From Candidatus Auribacterota bacterium (GTDB taxonomy: Bacteria; Auribacterota; UBA6266), in the NCBI GenBank assembly GCA_023136205.1, contig JAGLRQ010000113.1, forward strand, positions 1 to 7,871: a DNA stretch of 7,871 bases. The letters run 5' to 3'. The position numbers and the translations under genes were made by a program. How positions within the stretch are numbered: position 1 is the first letter of the stretch; the number at the start of each line of letters is the position of its first letter. The notes beneath the pieces were generated by a model, which saw nothing but the letters and a program-made list of their open reading frames with translations, was not told the DNA's origin and made no database searches. Of this stretch, positions 5,984-7,871 are shown one piece after another.

Positions 5984-6771
5984 AAAAAAATATCCCGTTA
6001 GAGATTAAAGAAAAAAATTGTGTTTTATCATCTCTAACGGGATTTACATTAATTGAATTACTGGTTGTTATCGCGATAGCCTCTCTCATGATATCTTTTC
6101 TCCTGCCCGCGTTGCTGGAGGCAAAAGAAACAGCCAAAAAATGTGTCTGTATTTCTAATTTAAAACAGTTATATCTTGCGACAAGCCTTTACCTTCAGGA
6201 TAACGATGATGTTTTTTTCCCGCATTACGTCAAAAAAGGAGCAGATAGGTTGTGGTGGTTTGGCTATGAACCAAATTTCAATACCGGTATACCTGAAGGA
6301 AGCAGAGAAATTTATCTGACAAAGTCTTTTTTATACCCCTACATAAGAAACATAGGGGGTATCGAAAAATGCCCTTCATTTAACTATAATGACCCCAAAT
6401 GGAAACCAAAATTTAAGTGTGCTACATATGGTTACGGTTATAATTCCCTGGGCCTCCAGGAGAAGAAGACCAGTGAAATAAAGGATTTAGCAAACACAGT
6501 ACTTTTTGCGGACTGCGCTCAGATTAATACATTCCAGGCACCGGCATCACCAACTAACCCCATGATTGAAGAGTTTTATTATATAAGCCCTTATCCGTTT
6601 GAAAAGCTGATTCACTTCAGGCACAATGGTTTGGCAAATGTCCTTTTCTGTGACGGCCACATTGACGCTATGAGACCTTTTCCCGGAACTGAAGATCCAA
6701 AAGGAAAGCAAATCGGACACATAGTCGGCAGAATCAACCCACCCGCGGATTTCTCCATGTTTAATTTATAG
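5980..6771 (+). CDS. Prepilin-type N-terminal cleavage/methylation domain protein with H-X9-DG motif (DUF1559-type pseudopilin-like protein)
   Basis: Leader MKKNIPLEIKEKNCVLSSLTG, then FTLIELLVVIAIASLM: a class III signal with G|F cleavage and Glu at +5. The NLKQLYLATSLYLQDNDD block is typical of DUF1559. HNGLANVLFCDG at nt 6622-6657 is an exact H-X9-DG. Its ATG overlaps the upstream stop (ATGA at 5980-5983), implying translational coupling. Confidence 0.85.
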   Translation: MKKNIPLEIKEKNCVLSSLTGFTLIELLVVIAIASLMISFLLPALLEAKETAKKCVCISNLKQLYLATSLYLQDNDDVFFPHYVKKGADRLWWFGYEPNFNTGIPEGSREIYLTKSFLYPYIRNIGGIEKCPSFNYNDPKWKPKFKCATYGYGYNSLGLQEKKTSEIKDLANTVLFADCAQINTFQAPASPTNPMIEEFYYISPYPFEKLIHFRHNGLANVLFCDGHIDAMRPFPGTEDPKGKQIGHIVGRINPPADFSMFNL

Positions 6772-6780
6772 TAAAAATTC

Positions 6781-6809
6781 TTGACATACATTTCCTCTTT
6801 ATTTAAACT
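6781..6809 (+). promoter_or_regulatory. Sigma70-like promoter upstream of rpsU (TTGACA-17 nt-TAAACT)
   Basis: Perfect -35 TTGACA at 6781-6786 and -10-like TAAACT at 6804-6809 after a 17-nt spacer. It shares the 14-mer AAATTCTTGACATA with the riboswitch promoter. Confidence 0.5.
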
Positions 6810-6899
6810 TCAAATCTCTCTAATGTTTTTGCTAGGACATGTATATAGAGGTTTCATTGATAAGATGATATATAATATTACGAAGGGTGGTGAAGAAAA

Positions 6900-7082
6900 T
6901 TGCCATTAGTACGCGTTAGAAAAGGTGAGCCTGTTGACAGAGCCCTCAGGCGCCTGAAGAAAAAAATAGATAAAGAAGGCATAATGAAGCAGGTGAAACA
7001 GCATCGGCACTATGAAAAGCCTGGGGTAAAAAAACGCAGAAAACAGAAGGAAGCGAAAAAGAAACGAAGAAAGATGAGTTAA
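6900..7082 (+). CDS. rpsU: 30S ribosomal protein S21
   Basis: [49 protein letters not shown] parallels E. coli S21 ([47 protein letters not shown]). TTG start at 6900, with GGGTGGTG purine-rich RBS upstream. Basic C-terminal tail. Confidence 0.92.
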   Translation: MPLVRVRKGEPVDRALRRLKKKIDKEGIMKQVKQHRHYEKPGVKKRRKQKEAKKKRRKMS

Positions 7083-7097
7083 TTAAAAAGTTCATTT

Positions 7098-7130
7098 AAA
7101 GGGCCTGGGAAACCAGGCCCTTTCTCTGTT
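7098..7130 (+). terminator. Intrinsic terminator after rpsU
   Basis: GGGCCTGG (7101-7108), GAAA tetraloop, CCAGGCCC (7113-7120). AAA/TTT flanks extend the stem, followed by TTTCTCTGTT. Confidence 0.75.
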
Positions 7131-7144
7131 CAAAGGAGCTTAAC

Positions 7145-7576
7145 ATGATAAAAGGAGTGAAGATTTTTGAACATAAGAAATTTTTTGATGACAGGGGATG
7201 GCTAAGCGAAGTCTGGAGGTCGGATTCCTTTAAGTATTCACCTGAGATGGGTTATATATCCGTAACACATCCCGGAAAGTCAAGAGGGCCCCATGAGCAC
7301 TGTCATCAAACAGACTATTTTGTTTTCATGGGGGCCAGTGAGTTTACAATAAAATTGTGGGATAAAAATACAGGAGAAAAAGAAGAGCACGTTGCGCCAA
7401 AAGACAAAATAACTATTCTTGTAGTACCTCCGGCAGTTATCCATGGTTATAAAAATACCGGAGATACGAATGGTTGTGTCCTTAATCTGCCTGACAGGCT
7501 CTACGCCGGAAAAAATAAAAAGGAGCCGGTTGATGAAACAAGACATGAGGAAGATAATAAATATCCAATGGATTAA
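7145..7576 (+). CDS. Short cupin-fold protein of the dTDP-4-dehydrorhamnose 3,5-epimerase (RmlC)-like family
   Basis: AAGGAG at 7133-7138, 6 nt before the ATG. F.D.RGW..E.W N-terminal block, SRGPHEH...Q.DYFVF.G....KLWD and VVPP.VIHGYKN.G are laid out like RmlC (RG.H.Q, Q.KLV.C..G...DV.VD, IP.G.AHGF). At 143 aa it is shorter than classical RmlC, so the exact activity is uncertain. Confidence 0.6.
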   Translation: MIKGVKIFEHKKFFDDRGWLSEVWRSDSFKYSPEMGYISVTHPGKSRGPHEHCHQTDYFVFMGASEFTIKLWDKNTGEKEEHVAPKDKITILVVPPAVIHGYKNTGDTNGCVLNLPDRLYAGKNKKEPVDETRHEEDNKYPMD

Positions 7577-7579
7577 GTA

Positions 7580-7608
7580 TTGATTTATCCAAATCAAAAA
7601 ACTACAAT
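7580..7608 (+). promoter_or_regulatory. Candidate sigma70-like promoter (TTGATT-17 nt-TACAAT) for the downstream membrane protein gene
   Basis: TTGATT at 7580-7585, a 17-nt spacer, and TACAAT at 7603-7608. It lies in the intergenic region about 55 nt upstream of ATG 7664. Sequence match only. Confidence 0.35.
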
Positions 7609-7663
7609 GGCAGGACGTGTTTTTAGTATATTATTAGAATAATGGAATTCTTTGATTTCTGAT

Positions 7664-7871
7664 ATGAAAAATAAATTTCTTGTGTTTTTAAGAGTGCTAA
7701 TCGGAATAAGCATACTTTTGTACGTGCTGGCCACTCTGCAGATTGGAGACCCATCAGTTTATTCCAACAAGAGCATATTTGAGTGTTTAACACATAATAT
7801 ATCCCAGCTTATAAACAAGATCCTGTTAATCAATAAGCCTCTCTTTATTTTAGGATTATTTTTAATAGTGT
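7664..7871 (+). CDS. Integral membrane protein, 3'-truncated by the window edge; N-terminus resembles flippase-like/UPF0104 (LPG-synthase TM-type) proteins
   Basis: Not in the supplied track. My translation from ATG 7664 is open to the window end: MKNKFLVFLRVLIGISILLYVLATLQIGDPSVYSNKSIFECLTHNISQLINKILLINKPLFILGLFLIV. It has two hydrophobic helices. No clear SD. The in-frame stop at 7640-7642 limits the N-terminus. Family assignment is weak. Confidence 0.45.
   Translation, partial: MKNKFLVFLRVLIGISILLYVLATLQIGDPSVYSNKSIFECLTHNISQLINKILLINKPLFILGLFLIV

Noticed and set aside
7280-7597. Minus-strand 105-aa ORF antisense to the cupin gene
   Set aside because: It is an Ile/Phe-rich translation typical of an AT-rich antisense frame. 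The + strand cupin ORF has a strong RBS and family motifs.
7581-7598. Hairpin TTGATTT-atcc-AAATCAA as the terminator of the cupin gene
   Set aside because: The stem is almost entirely A/T and is followed by an A-run rather than a T-run on the + strand. On the minus strand the T-run precedes the stem. It more likely just overlaps the -35 and spacer of the candidate promoter at 7580-7608.
1-7871. CRISPR arrays, IS or transposon ends, integrase remnants, and tRNA or rRNA genes
   Set aside because: I found no regularly spaced repeats, no long terminal inverted repeats and no tRNA-like T-arm motifs in the three sizeable intergenic regions (4632-5065, 6772-6899, 7577-7663).

Overview
AT-rich chromosomal window from a diderm bacterium. 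The gene content (PEP-CTERM plus H-X9-DG/DUF1559 proteins) suggests a PVC-superphylum or Omnitrophota-like lineage, but that is a guess. Left part, + strand: the 3' end of ribD and then ribE run, after a gap of only 17 nt, into a BtuF/BtuC/BtuD-type (TroA-like, FecCD-family) ABC importer. A TonB-family gene converges on this operon from the minus strand. Centre: a sigma70-like promoter, a clear cobalamin riboswitch (B12 box, AGGGAA core) and an intrinsic terminator precede a translationally coupled two-gene operon. That operon encodes a secreted, aromatic/Gly-rich PEP-CTERM protein of unknown function and a prepilin-type H-X9-DG (DUF1559) pseudopilin-like protein. This B12-controlled pair lies next to TonB and the BtuFCD-like importer, with no BtuB-type receptor in view. 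It is the main candidate for an undescribed corrinoid capture or B12-starvation surface system. Right part: rpsU (S21) with its own promoter and terminator, a short RmlC-like cupin gene, and the 5' end of a membrane protein gene. I saw no rRNA, tRNA, CRISPR array or mobile element. All antisense ORFs in the track look like shadow ORFs.
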